A stretch of 64,000 nucleotides of DNA from positions 1,674,001 to 1,738,000 of the forward strand of contig JASTWF010000051.1 of assembly GCA_030390025.1 (NCBI GenBank), read 5' to 3'. Both the position numbers and the translations under genes were made by a program. Shown in pieces: positions 11,659 through 24,584 of the stretch. This DNA is from Squalus acanthias. Its lineage: Eukaryota. The stretch's first letter is position 1; the number at the start of each line of letters is the position of its first letter. The notes beneath the pieces are model-generated. The model had not been told where the DNA came from. It was given only the letters and a program-made list of their open reading frames with translations, and searched no databases.

Positions 11659-13213
11659 GTCTTCATGGAAGAAGATGCAAAAAATTTCCCAGAGATAGTG
11701 GAGAAATAGAATGAGGAACTGAAAGAAATTAGCATTAGTAAAAAAATAGTACTGGAGAAATTAATGGGACTGAAAGCCAATAAATCCCCTGGACCTGATG
11801 GCCTACATTCTCGGGTGTTGAAAGAGTTGTCTATAGAGATAGTGGATGCATTGGTTGTCATTTTCCAAAATTCCATTGATTCTAGAATGGTTCCTGCAGA
11901 TTGGAAGGTAGCAAATGTAACCCCACTATTTAAGAAAGGAGGAAGAGAGAAAATGGGGAACTATAGACCAGTTAGTCTGACATCAGGAGTAGGGAAAATG
12001 CTAGAATCTATTAATAAGGATGTGGTAACAGGGCACTTCGAAAATAATAATAGGATTGGGCAGAGTCAACATGGATTTATGAAAGGGAAATCATGTTTGA
12101 CGAATCTGTTAGAGTTTCTTGAGGTTGTAACTAACAGAATAGGTAATGGGGAACCAGTGGATGTGGTGTATTTGGATTTTCAGAAGGCATTTGATAAGGT
12201 GCCACACAGGAGGTTATTAAACAAAATTAGGGCTCCTGGGATTGGGGGTAATATATTAGCATGGATTGAGGATTGGTTAACGGATAGAAAACAGAAAGTA
12301 GGAATAAACGGGTCATTTTCGGGTTGGCAGGCTGTAACTAGTGGGGTACCGCAAGGATCAGTGCTTGGGCCTCAGCTATTCACAATCTATATCAATGATT
12401 TGGATGAGGGGACTAAATGTAATATATCCAAGTTTGCTGATGATACAAAGCTGGGTGGGAATCTAAGTTGTGAGGAGGATGCAAAGAGGCTCAAAGGGGA
12501 TATAGACAAGCTAAGTGAGTGGGCAAGAACAAGGCAAATGGAATATAATGTGGAGAAATGTGAAGTTATCCACTTTGGTAGGAAAAACAGAAAAGCAGAG
12601 TATTTTTTAAATTGTGAGAGATTGGAAAATTGTTGGTGTTCAGAGGGACCTGGGTGTCCTTATACACGAATCATTGAAAGTTAACATGCAGTTACAGCAA
12701 GTAATTAGGAAAACAAATGGTATGTTGGCCTTTATTACAAGAGGATTTGAGTATAAGAATAAAGACATTTTACTGCAATTATATAGGGCCCTGGTGAGAC
12801 CACACCTGGAGTATTGTGTACAGTTTTGGTCTCCTTACCTTGCCATAGAGGGAGTGCAACAAAGGTTCACCAGACTGATTCCTGGGATGGGGGGATTGTC
12901 CTATGAGGAGATATTGAGTAAACTAGGCTAATATTCTCTAGAGTTTAGAAGAATGAGACGTGATCTCATTGAAACATACAAAATTCTTACAGGGTTTGAC
13001 AGGGTAGATGCAGGGAGGATGTTTCCTCTGGCTGGGGAGCCTAGAACCAGGGGTCACAGTCTCAGGATAATGGGTCGGCCATTTAGGACTAAGATGAGGA
13101 GAAATTTCTTCACTCAGAGGGTGGTGAATCTTTGGAATTCTCTACCACAGAGGGCAGTGGAGTATATTCAAGACCGAGATCGATAGATTTTTGGATATTA
13201 AGCGAATCAAGGG

Positions 13214-14868
13214 TGTAGGGGATGGTGGTTTGTGTCAGCTTTGCCTCTGACTTCTGAGCGGTTCGAATCGCTCCCACTCCCTTGGTTCTAGACCTTGGAC
13301 TTATTTGGGGTTGTGACAAAAGGTGCAGCAGACAACTGGTTTTGATGAAAAAAACTTCAATCTTTATTCAAAAGGTAAAACACAAATGACAACACTCTTA
13401 ACACTCTAAAGGTGGGGAACACTTCGGTACAAGCGAGGGAAATGACAGTAGAACAATACTTCACCCCTCCCAACCCCACTTTACTAGCTAAGTTAGGTTT
13501 TGAAGGACCAGGGATAATGCTCACCAATCCTTTGACAGTTGGTCTAAATCGCGGTTTTGGTGTTCGCTGTTTATGGCGGTTAGTGTCTGCCGTACCCCGT
13601 ACGCGGTAGAGGACTTCACCTGCATCTCTGGTCAGTCTTCGCGAGTCCGCTGATGCGGTAGGGTGCGTTTTGGATCTATCAGGTGAGTACCCAATTTCCT
13701 TTGGTTAGGAGTAGGGTTTAGAGTCTTTTGGTAGAAATCTTACCCAGGGGTAAGTCAGGAGTAGTTTGTAGTGTGGAAACTTTGCAATTCTTCGGTGTTT
13801 CTTTCCTTGAGTTGGTCTTTGTTGGTCGCGGTGGCCTGCTATTACCCGGTCAGTTGGGGGTAATGTGCGGTTGTTGGTTTCGTGAGGCCTTTGGTTCCGC
13901 AATGGCTTTAGGCCTGGTCTAGTGTGTCGGTCGACCTTGTGGAGCTGTCGATGTCTTCTTGGCTTGTTGCTCCGGGTGACTGTGTTGGGACCGTTGTTGG
14001 AGGTCCATCGAGGTGGTATCTTCACGGGCTGGACTCAGGTGTGTCTGAGTGGTGAGCGATGCCAACTCGCTTCCAGCTCGGTTTATCTTCTTACTGGTTT
14101 CTTCTTCTTCTGATGACCACCGACTGCGACTGACTGCTCACTTGAACTGCTTAACGGGCCTTCAATTATACTAAATTGAAGTGGCCTTATCTACCCGCCA
14201 AATCTACTCAGTTCATTGTCTGGTTTTTGGCGGGCTCATAAATCGGTAACGACTTACTAGCGCGTTAACTGGTTTTTAACAGGCCTTCAATCTCACCCAT
14301 TGAACATGGCCTTATCTACCCGCCAAATCTACTCAGTTCATTGTCTGATTTTTGGTGGGCCTGTTACCAGTAACTGCTCTAAATGTCAAATGGGTTTTGG
14401 GATGGTTTGCATCCTGTCGATCTCCTTGGCTGATCACTGGTGATTGGTTTCGTGTTTTGGGTTTCTAGGCTGGACTCGGTCTTTTCTATAGAATGGTCCT
14501 GAGTGATTTGTATTATGCATGTTTTCTGATGGGCCCTGTAATCGGTTTGATGGGGCCTGTTATTTTGGGTGGGACTGTCTTCTCCCAGGGTCTATTGTTC
14601 AAATGTTAATGTCTGCTGGGCTTCAGTGGGGTCATCCCGGTTCCCCAGACAGTGCAATTAACTGCAATAACCAAAACTGCTTTTACAGAGGTCGAGCCCA
14701 GCTCCTTGTCCCTTTACAAGCCCAGACATAGTTTTAAAATGCCAAAACTTGATTTTTGGTCTTAAATTCCTTAGGTTAGGCCCAAATGCATGTTTATCAC
14801 TCTGAGGTAGTTCCAAAGTCCTTTTTCCCTTAGGTTTTTGGGGATCTGCAAATTTTGGAAACCTTACA
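13214..14868 (-). mobile_element. 1655-bp solo LTR (ERV or Gypsy type)
   Basis: TGTAGGG...CCTTACA termini and 4-bp TSD AGGG (13210-13213, 14869-14872) splitting the CR1 'aatcaaggg|atatgggg'. Minus-strand AATAAA at ~13363 and TATA-like motif at ~14167. Confidence 0.85.
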
Positions 14869-15379
14869 AGGGATATGGGGATAATGCAGGAAAGTGGAGT
14901 TGAGGTAGAAGATCAGCCATGATCTTATTGAATGGCGGAGCAGGCTCAAGGGGCTTAAATTGGCCTACTTCTGCTCCTATTTCTTATTTTCTTATGTTCT
15001 TATGAGGGCCACTTCAGTCCCATGACACATTTGTAGAGGTTGAGCAGCCGAACATCTCTCATGATATTGACCTTCAGTTGTATCTGGGAGAAGTATGGTA
15101 TTAGGAAAGAATATGTTTTCTTGTATTCACTTTAGACTTTATTGTAATAAAATAGAATGTGTACTAACATCACGTTTTGTTATTGATGGAGGTTAGAGTC
15201 ATACAGGAAATGGTGCAATTATTTGGTACTAGCATTCAATCAGGTGATGATATGGACATGTAAGGGCAAAGAAGGCTGATGTGTTGTACTGTTATAAGAT
15301 GGCTAGTGGATTTAGGGAAGGTTCCTTTATTTGAAAGTGGGGGAGAAGCAGGTAAGGCTCTGGTGTCAAAGGTAAACTG

Positions 15380-16260
15380 TGTTACACAGAAGACTTAAGT
15401 AATGAAATGTGTCGGATGCCCCTTTTCATAGTCACTGAGGACTCCTCTGACTGCAGGTCATCATGCAACTCTCTTCCATGTAGATTGAGCTCCAATGAAG
15501 CTAGGGTCTCCATGCCAGCAATGTCAAAGTCCAGCCCTTTCTGTATGGCAAAGTTATACAGGACATAGCAGGCTACAACTATCTCATGATACATGATCTG
15601 GAGCATATGGTAGAGCCCCTCCTGACCTATCTATGCAGCGAAAGCATGCGTTTAAGACCCGATGGTCTCAATGACTAATCTTGTAGAGGCATGTGCCTCA
15701 TTGCAGTGCACCTCTGTTGCTGTTTGGCCCACTCTTAATGGATAATTATCCATGCAAGAAGGGAGTAGGCTTTGTCACCCAGAAGCCATCTGTTGACCTG
15801 ATTTTCTTCCTTGAATAGGTCTGATAGGGTTGATTTTGAAGAATGAAAGCATGATGACAACTAACATATCTGGCATTAACATTTAGGATTCTTTCCATGT
15901 TGTCATGAACAATCGGTACACTGAGGGAGTGGAAGCCCTTCCTGTTGACGGAGATGAGGGGGTCTTCCGTTAGAGCTTCAAAAGGAACCTGGGTGTCATC
16001 AATTGCATTCTGGACCTTGGGTAAGATCATCAACCCCAGGATACTGGATGGAAAGAAAAGTATTTCTCTCTTCAAAAAACTTTCTCCGAGATATTCAAAA
16101 GCTGAAGAATGGAGATTTTGGCAAAAGCCACCTGCTCTTCTTTCACCACTGTGGCAAAATGTCTTCCACAGTTTCAGTAAGAGAGCCTTGCTGAAACTGT
16201 CTTCTTGCTTCTGCATGCAGTCTGCATTGACCATTCATAGCTCACATAACTTCTTCTACA
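15380..16260 (-). pseudogene. Degenerate PIF/Harbinger (HARBI1-like) DDE transposase
   Basis: PKVQNAIDDTQV...VNRKGFHSLSV...ILNVNARY...HHAFILQN, then in other frames GWLLGDKAY, EAHASTR and CYVLYNFA. Confidence 0.85.
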
Positions 16261-17029
16261 AACTTACTGATTTTAATGAATTGCAAATTGATGATTGATG
16301 CAGACATTGAGTAAGAGCTTTTTTCAGCTTCTATTTTATGTTTATGCAAACAGGATATTGGAAGCAGTTTGTTAAGTACAGTACCTCATCAGTTATTTAA
16401 GTTGATTGATTACCCGAATGCTGTATTTTTTACTTTGCAGGAGTGATTTTTGTTTTCCTGTTCACCGTTTTTTCTTGATAATTTTCTTTCATTTTCATTT
16501 TAAGTAATGAAATTCAAATAACTTTTTTAAAGGATGGTCAGAAGAAAGGTCACAAAATATTTCGAAGGAGAAAGACTATTCTTAATTCATCGAAGCGGAG
16601 CCAGCCTGGCTTGGATCTACCAGCTTCCCTCTGCCAATCTGGCTGGAGGATCGGAGGCAGGCGGGTGCAGGAAATCGCACAACACGTCCTCCACCGCTTC
16701 CCCGCCAGTGTGACACCCATCTGATTTCCCACTACATGTGATGGGTGAGGTTCAATACGCACAAATTGTAAGGATATAGAAGTAACAGAAATAAGTCATC
16801 TAACACATTTTATGTTCTTTGACCGGCAGCAATGTCAAACGTAAGGGATGTGGAGAGATGATTTAAATTTTAAACGTCAATACTGCAACAGCAAGACAGC
16901 AGGCAGAGAAGAGGTGAAAAACATAAAAAGTTGCAAATGGACTTGAAACTGAAGATGCGCATAAAATAGTAATATTCAGAATGACTACTTCCTCCAAGTA
17001 TTCACAAGCGAAGACATAAACAACATGCT

Positions 17030-17668
17030 GGCCTAGAAATTCAACTCGCAGCGCCTGTGTTTTTGCGCAAAGAGCGGGCACTGCGGGGCCCAATATGGTG
17101 GGAAGCTTGCACGCGCTCAGTCCGCACTGGAGTGTGCTGCATGCCATATTGGTGAGGGCTCCCCTGTAATCACCCAGCATATCAGGATGAAATGGCCGTT
17201 ATGCCCATTGCTTATGCAAACCGGGGGCCTAACTCCCTTTTGTAAAATTGGGTCCTAACTGACCACAGTTCCTACTTTCCCCACCCCCCGCACCGCACTC
17301 CCCCTGCCGCACTCCGCCCTACTCCACCCCCCCCGCACTCCCTCCACCCGCCGCACACCCCCCTACTCCCCACCCCCCCCGCACTCCCCCCGCCGCACTC
17401 CCCCCTACTCCCACCCCCCCGCACTCTCCCCACCCGCCACACTCCATCCCTACTCCCACCCCCCGCACTCCCCCCCACCCCCCTGCACTCCCCCTACCAC
17501 TCCCACCACTGAGCTGCCTCTGGGTCTGCGACTGGCACCCACCGCTCGCCAGTAACATACAAATGAGACTGGCGGACCATTTTGCTGTGGTCCTGTCACC
17601 AGCCTCTTTAGACTCGTGTGCTGCACTCGGATCACGACCTATTTCAGACGTGATCCAATTTCTAGGCC
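17030..17668. mobile_element. Harbinger-type MITE with internal C-rich tandem array (~17270-17510)
   Basis: Perfect 12-bp TIRs GGCCTAGAAATT / AATTTCTAGGCC. No clear TSD. Confidence 0.75.
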
Positions 17669-18036
17669 ACACTCTCCAAACAAAGATATCCCAAGTAAAA
17701 TCCATGACTTCATTAGAAATTAGATGGTTAAATGGGCTGAAAACAAATAAACTCCCAGGGATAGATGATGTTTACCACAGAATGCTGTGAGAGACTAGGG
17801 AGGTGACCTGTGAGACACTGCCCATCATTATGAGAGAGGCAATGGACATTATAGAAGCATTGTTCTGCCCACTTACATATTTTGTAATATAATGGTAGAG
17901 AAAAATGAGTTAATTTGCTGTCCATATTGAAAAAGGTAACAAGCAGACACAGACAAATATAGATCCATTAATCCTTTGACTGCCCTTGACAGCAAGGCAG
18001 CAGTTGACCGAGTGTGGCATCAAGGAGCCCTAGTAA

Positions 18037-18467
18037 GCAACACGGTGGCATAGTGGTTAGCACTGGTGCCTCACAGCGGCCAGGGACCCGGGTTCGAATC
18101 TGACCTCGGGTGACTGTCTGTGTGGAGTTTGCACATTCCTCCCCTTGTCTGCGTGGGTTTCCTCCGGGTGCTCCGGTTTCCTCCCACAGTCCAAAAATGT
18201 TGCAGGTTAGGTTGAATTGGCTATGATAATTGACCCTTAGTGTTAGGGGGGTATTAATATGTGGGGTTATGGGGATGGATGGGATATGTTAGGGGGAATT
18301 AAATAACGTGGGTTACGGGGGTAGGGTGGGATATGTGTACTGTGGGGATTAAGCAGGGACAGGGTACTGGATTTGGATGATCAGCCATGATCGTATTGAA
18401 TGGTGGAGCAGGCTCGACGGGCCGAATGGCCTACTCCTGCTCCTAGATTCTATGTTTCTAGTTTCTA
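18037..18467 (+). mobile_element. HE1-like V-SINE (tRNA head, V domain, CR1-derived tail)
   Basis: A box tggcatagtgg, B box ggttcgaatct, V core gtgtggagtttgcacatt...gcgtgggtttcctccgggtgctccggtttcctcccaca, and a CR1 tail with TTCTATGT. Confidence 0.88.
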
Positions 18468-19372
18468 ATGGGAATCGGGGGGAAAATGCTCCACTGGCTG
18501 GAGTCATACCTAGCACAAAGGAACATGGTTGTGGTGGTCGAAGGTCAATTATCACAGCCCCAGGACTTCGCTGCAGGAGTTCCTCAGGGCAGTGTCCTGG
18601 GCCCCAACCATCTTCAGCTGCTTCATCAATGACCCTTCTCTCCAACATAAGGTCAGAAATGGGGATGTTCGCTGATGACGGCACAGTGTTCAGCGCCTTT
18701 CACAACTCCTCAGATAATGAAGCAGTTCAGTGCCTGCATGCAACAAGACCAGGACGACGTTCAGGCTTGGGCTGATATGTGGCCGGTAACATTCGCGCCA
18801 CACAAGTGCCAGGCAATGACAATCTCCAACAAGCGAGAGTCTAACCACCTCCCCTTGACATTCAACGCATTTTCATCACCGAATCCCCCACTATCAACAT
18901 CCTTGGGGTCACCATTAGACCAGAAACTTAACTGGACCAGCCACATAAATATGGCAACAAGAGCAGGGTCAGAGGCTAGGTATTCTGCGGCGAGTGTCTC
19001 AACTTCCTGACTCCCCAAAGCCTTTCCACCATCTACAAGCACAAGTAAGGAATGTGATGGAATACTCTCCACTTGCCTGATGAGTGCAGCTCCAACAACA
19101 CTCAAGAAGCTCGACACCATCCAGGACAAAGCAGCCGCGCTTGATTGGCACCCATCAAACATCTTAAACATTCACTCCTCCCCCACCACAGCGTACCGTG
19201 GCTGCAGTGTGTACCATCTAAAAAGTGCACTGCTGCATACATCGCCAAGGCTTCTTCGGCAGAACCCCCCAAATCCGCGGACCTCTTGCACTTAGAAGGA
19301 CAAGGGCAGCAGGGCACATGGGAGCACCACCACCTCCAAGTTCCCCTCCAAGTCACACATCATCCTGACTTA

Positions 19373-21210
19373 CATAGAAACATAGAAACATAGAAGATAG
19401 GAGCAGGAGTAGGCCATTCGGCCCTCGAGCCTGCTCCACCATTCGATGAGATAATGGCTGATCATCTAAACTCAGTACCCTGTACCTGCCTTCTCCCCAT
19501 ATCCCTTGATACCTTTAGCTTTAAGAAATATATCTAACTCAACCTTGAATATATTTAATGACTTCGCCTCAACTACCTACTGTGGTAGAGAATTCCACAG
19601 GTTCACCACTCTTCTGGGTGAAGAAATTCTCCTCATATTCTGTCCTAAATGGTTTACCCGTTATCCGTAGATTATGACCCCTGGTTCTGGACTCTCCGAC
19701 CATCGGGAACATTCTTCCTCCATCTAGTTTGTCCAGACCTGTCAGAATTTTATATGTTTCGATGAGATCCCCTCTCATTCTTCTATACTCCAGTGAGTAT
19801 AAGCCCAATCGACCCAATCTCTCCTCATATGTCATCCCTGCCATCCCAGGTATCAGCCTTGTGAATCTTCGCTGAACTCCTTCCATGGCAAGAACATCCT
19901 TCCTCAGATAAGGCGACCAAAACTGCACACAGTACTCAAGGTGTGGTCTCACCAAGGCCCTGTAACAACTGCAGCAGGACATCCCTGTTCCTATACTCAA
20001 ACCCTTTCGCTATGAAGGCCAACATACCATTTGCCTTCTTCACCGCCTGCTGAACCTGCATGCTTACTTTCAGCGACTGGTGCACAAGGACACCCAGGTC
20101 TCGTTGCACTTCCCCTTCTCCCAATCTATTGCCATTCAGATAATAGTCTGCCTTTCTGTTTTGACACAAAGTGGATAACCTCGCACTTATCCACGTTATA
20201 TTGCATCTGCACGCTTCTGCCCACTCACCCAACCTGTCCAGATCATCCTGGAGTTCTTCTCGTTATCCTCCTCGCAGCACACACTCCCACCCACTTTGTG
20301 TCATCTGCAAACTTGGAGATATTACATTTAATTCCCTTATCTAGATCATTAATGTATATTGTGAATAGCTGGGGTCCAAGGACCGATCCCTGCGGTACTC
20401 CCACTAAGTCACTGCTTGCCACTCGGAAAAGACCCATTATTCCTACTCTCTGCTTTCTGTCCGCCAACCAGTTCTCTATCCAAGTCAATACCTTGCCCCC
20501 AATCCCATGTGCCTTAACTTTAACCCGCTAATCTCTTATGCGGGACTTATCGAAAGCCTTTTGAAAGTCCAAATACACCACATCTACTGGTTCTCCCTTA
20601 TCTATTTTCCCTGTTACATCCTCAAAAAATTCCAGTAGATTAGTCAAGCACGATTTACCTTTGTAAATCCATGTTGACTTTGTCCGATCCTGTCACTGTT
20701 TTTCAAAGGCTCAGCTATTACATCCTTTATAAATGGACTCTAGCATTTTCCCCACTACTGATGTAATTCCCACTTTCTCTCTACCACCCTTTTTGAATAG
20801 TGGGGTAACATTAGCTACCCTCCAATCCATGGGTACAGTTCCAGATTTCATCGAATGTTGGAAGATGATCAGCAATGCATCTACTATTTCTAGGGCCACT
20901 TCCTTAAGTACCCTAGGATGTAGGATTATCAGGCCCTGGGATTTATCGGCCTTCAATACCGTCAATTTCCCTAACACCATTTCCCTGCAAATACTTTCAG
21001 TTCCTCCTTTCATCAGACCGTATGTTCTCCAAACATCTCTGGGAGCTTATTTGTGTCCTCCTTTGTGAAGACAGAACCAAAATATGCATTTAATTGGGCT
21101 GCCATTTCTTTGTTCCCCTTTATAACTTCCCCCGCTTCTGACTGCAAGGGTCCTACACTTGATTTCACTAATCTTTTTCTCTCACATATCTATAAAAGCT
21201 CTTACAGTCA
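19373..21210 (-). mobile_element. Young CR1, 5'-truncated, many small indels, TSD GACTTA
   Basis: RT ORF fragments at 19569-21013. GACTTA at 19367-19372 and 21211-21216. Confidence 0.92.
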
Positions 21211-21617
21211 GACTTAGAAGTTATACCACCGATCCTTCATCATCGCTGGATCAAAATCCTGGAACTCCTCCCTAAGAGCACTGTGGGAGTACCTGCACCA
21301 CACGGACTGCAGCGGTTCAAGAAGGCAGCTCACACCAACCCTTCTCAAGGGCAATTAGGGATGAGCAATAAATGCTGGCCTTGCCTGCGACGCCCACGTC
21401 CCACAAACGAATAAAAAAAACTTCCATTCCATGTAAAATAGTGGAATTAATTATCAGGAGTAAACCTGAGGATTATCAGTATAACAATAACATAGGCCGC
21501 GATCTTGCCTCTGGAGAGTGCTGGAGGCAGGATTCTGGTTTCTGGGTTTCAGTCCCACCAGCAGCGTCGTCTGATGAACCTATGCTATTTTCCCTTGATT
21601 GGCCTTGTTAAGCCCGC

Positions 21618-22117
21618 NNNNNNNNNNNNNNNNNNNNNNNNNNNNNNNNNNNNNNNNNNNNNNNNNNNNNNNNNNNNNNNNNNNNNNNNNNNNNNNNNNN
21701 NNNNNNNNNNNNNNNNNNNNNNNNNNNNNNNNNNNNNNNNNNNNNNNNNNNNNNNNNNNNNNNNNNNNNNNNNNNNNNNNNNNNNNNNNNNNNNNNNNNN
21801 NNNNNNNNNNNNNNNNNNNNNNNNNNNNNNNNNNNNNNNNNNNNNNNNNNNNNNNNNNNNNNNNNNNNNNNNNNNNNNNNNNNNNNNNNNNNNNNNNNNN
21901 NNNNNNNNNNNNNNNNNNNNNNNNNNNNNNNNNNNNNNNNNNNNNNNNNNNNNNNNNNNNNNNNNNNNNNNNNNNNNNNNNNNNNNNNNNNNNNNNNNNN
22001 NNNNNNNNNNNNNNNNNNNNNNNNNNNNNNNNNNNNNNNNNNNNNNNNNNNNNNNNNNNNNNNNNNNNNNNNNNNNNNNNNNNNNNNNNNNNNNNNNNNN
22101 NNNNNNNNNNNNNNNNN
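21618..22117. other. Assembly gap (500 N)
   Basis: Run of exactly 500 N, probably a placeholder length. Confidence 0.99.
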
Positions 22118-22749
22118 CCAAAAGGTGTGGATCTCGTAAATGAGATGGAATGGGTGTTTCAGGTCCTCCCATTCATTTTGCTCGGTTTCATTGGTGGTGC
22201 GCCCATTTTGTGGGGCGTCCAAAAGAATTAGGTAGTAGCCCCGATACCTAGGCATCTCCAAATAGGGGATTAAAGAGGGCTAGACAGGATCCAAAGCTAA
22301 GTTGCTCTCTTCTGTACAGAGATGTCAGGCCAGGGATCAGTGCTGCAGACCTTCTGGATGTTATTTTCTCAGGCCTAAGGTAGCATTGGACTTTCCTCCC
22401 TATGTCCAGGTGCCAGGCTGTGCCAGAAGGTGAGCCTCTACCGGAAGAGCTTCTGGAGCATGCAAATGATCTGAACCTGCAAATCCACTTGGGTTCAGTA
22501 CTTCGGATGAGCGGGCCTAACTACTGTTCAGTCACAGGGCCCACGAGAAAATCGGCCCCAATATTTCCATGACAGCATAAATCTTGTCCATTTATTACAT
22601 GAGCTAAATTTTCCACTTGGAAGTTGACAAATTGGTAGATTAAACCAAATGTTTGGTAATAGACGATCAAAAGGAAAACTGAGTCTGAATAATTGACAGA
22701 GCTAGATCTGCCATCATGTGCTTTTAAGGATGTCAGCAAATAAGGCTTA

Positions 22750-23413
22750 GGGGGAAAAATTGGGTGGCGCCCCAGGCTAACGTCGCCGGGGGGCAAATTT
22801 TAATGCCCAAAAAAGTTAGCGCCCCTTCGCCGGAAATTCAGTTGTAGCGCCCCAAGCTGGAAGCGCTCCACCTCCTTCTCGGGGCGCTACAACTGAAGAT
22901 CGTGCGTTACATGCAACAGCACCTTGCGAGTCGGCACGTAGCGCTGCGTCATTGCAGGCCTCCCTCCCCTGATTAAAGGGGCGGGGTCTAACGCTGCACG
23001 CACTGGGGCCATGCTAGACCAGCGGGGAGCGGGGTGCCATGAAAACAGCCCGGCACCCGAGAAAGAAAGGGGAAGGCGGCAGGTGCTGGCAGTCGGCCAA
23101 AAAAAATGGCCGCCTGACACCTGCCCCTTTTACTAGTGCCGCCGCCGCTGCAAAAAACGCCCCCTGACCCTGTTGGACACATCGTCCAGCGATAGGTCAG
23201 GGGGCGCAAGGGAAGTTTGCGGCCGGGGCGCAAGCAGGGCGCTGCGCATGGCGATGATGTCATCGGCTGCGGCGCAGCTATGCAGGGCGCTACTGGCTAC
23301 CGCCGCCGCTAACCTCCTGCTGAATTTCTTGGGGATTTGCGTCCCGTTAAACCCCCCCCCCCCCCCAAACCAGGGGCGAGAACGAGAGGCGCAAATCAAC
23401 CAATTTTTCCCCC
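22750..23413. mobile_element. Harbinger-type MITE, family 2 (GC-rich, GCGCC-rich)
   Basis: Perfect 14-bp TIR GGGGGAAAAATTGG with TTA TSD on both sides. Confidence 0.9.
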
Positions 23414-23620
23414 TTAGAATCTAATGTGGCTCAATACTATCAGGTTTGCATAATAAATGTACACATCATCTGCGGATGTCAGGCAGGAATAACTATAAAC
23501 AGTGTCAGAAGTGGAAATCTTTCCCTTGAGCATTTGTTTATCCCCTTTTTATTTTTCTGCACAAAGGAAAACCTCAAACAGCTCAATTCACAAGCACTTG
23601 CTTTCTTCAAGGAAAACACT

Positions 23621-24375
23621 GACCCGTAATTTCTGATAGGAGGCTTCCTGCGTGCGGATGCCACCTATCGGAAAAAAATCTACGCCCTTACCTGAGGGCT
23701 CCCGAGGTCCGGCCATTTCCGATCCTGGGCCTCTCCATAGTCGAAATGCTCAGGGCCCACTTATCCCAGAGGCGCAGGCAGTTCGCAAGCGTCCCAGGGA
23801 TCACGTGGGCCAGGCAAGCCAATGAAAGAAGGGAATCCCCCTTCATACTTTTGACAGATAGACCTGTCAAAAATATGAATGGGGATCACTGAAAAAAGAC
23901 ACTAAAACATTAAATACATTTTTAAAAACCATCATGTTTTTAAAATGTGTTAAAATTACATAAATTAAATACTTAAAACAAAAGTTTAATATTTTGAAAA
24001 AAACAATTGAATTATTTTACGGGGCTAAAAATAAACTTACCTTTTTTAAAAGTATTTTAAAATTATAAATGAGTGAAATTTTTTTTTTACTTTTTTCAAC
24101 TCTTATGCTGGTAAATGCAGGACTTATGCCTGCTTTTACCAGGCGTAAGATTTTTAAGTGATTTCAGCGGGTGGAGGTTCTGCAGAAAGCGGAACTCTCC
24201 ACCCGCAGAGGCCCTTCTCCAGGGCAAGCGTCCGATCTGTCAAGAGGATTCCTGACAGATCGGAAATGCCGGTTTTCAGCGCATGCGCTTCGCTGGCCTG
24301 AAACCGGCATTTCCAATGTCCCTATGGGCGTGTACACGGCGCGTACTCACCCGTAGAGATCGGAAAATACGGGTT
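23621..24375. mobile_element. Harbinger-type MITE, family 1
   Basis: TIRs GACCCGTAATTTCTGAT / ATCGGAAAATACGGGTT; collinear with 9683-10431. Confidence 0.8.
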
Positions 24376-24584
24376 TCTGCATTTTCTTATTTTAAACAGC
24401 CATTTGAGAGTGTGCTTTCATTTTCATGAAAGCTCAGCAGGTTCACAGTCCTCAAACGGAAATATGTAAGAAAAGTATCCACTTTATGTCCCTAAAATAA
24501 TTCTCTGAAAGCCTGTGAATTATTTTGGACCAGGATTCTCCCTATAACATGCTCCTTATTAAGGGGTAAGAATTCCTCTGGACG

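Larger units (their letters stand above)
8783..15003 (+). mobile_element. 5'-truncated vertebrate CR1 (family B) ORF2 + 3'UTR, split by four nested insertions
   Basis: ORFs 8967-9497, 11764-12684 (YLDFQKAFDKVPH, GVPQGSVLGP, FADD), 12614-12931 and 12953-13186. The tail ends (TTCTTATG)n at ~15003. Confidence 0.95.
17977..21421 (+). mobile_element. Family A LINE 3' half (17977-19372 and 21211-21421), itself inside an old CR1 relic (~17730-17975, ~21422-21490)
   Basis: Collinear with 54280-55440 and ends in an A-rich tail. Interrupted by a V-SINE and an antisense CR1. Confidence 0.9.

Noticed and set aside
10444-13200. Large inverted repeat or inversion around 11660
   Set aside because: Two different CR1 subfamilies in opposite orientation. 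The host resumes exactly across a GTC junction.
15380-16260. Domesticated HARBI1 gene
   Set aside because: Stops, frameshifts and altered catalytic motifs.
18037-18110. tRNA gene (also 50544-50615)
   Set aside because: These are SINE heads followed by V/Deu domains and LINE tails, with no Pol III terminator after the head.
19373-21210. Heavy decay or programmed frameshifting of CR1
   Set aside because: Many 1-bp indels with few substitutions relative to 10444-11658, next to a contig end. More likely low-coverage consensus error.
21505-22261. ORFs of about 200 aa
   Set aside because: Artefacts of translating the N gap.
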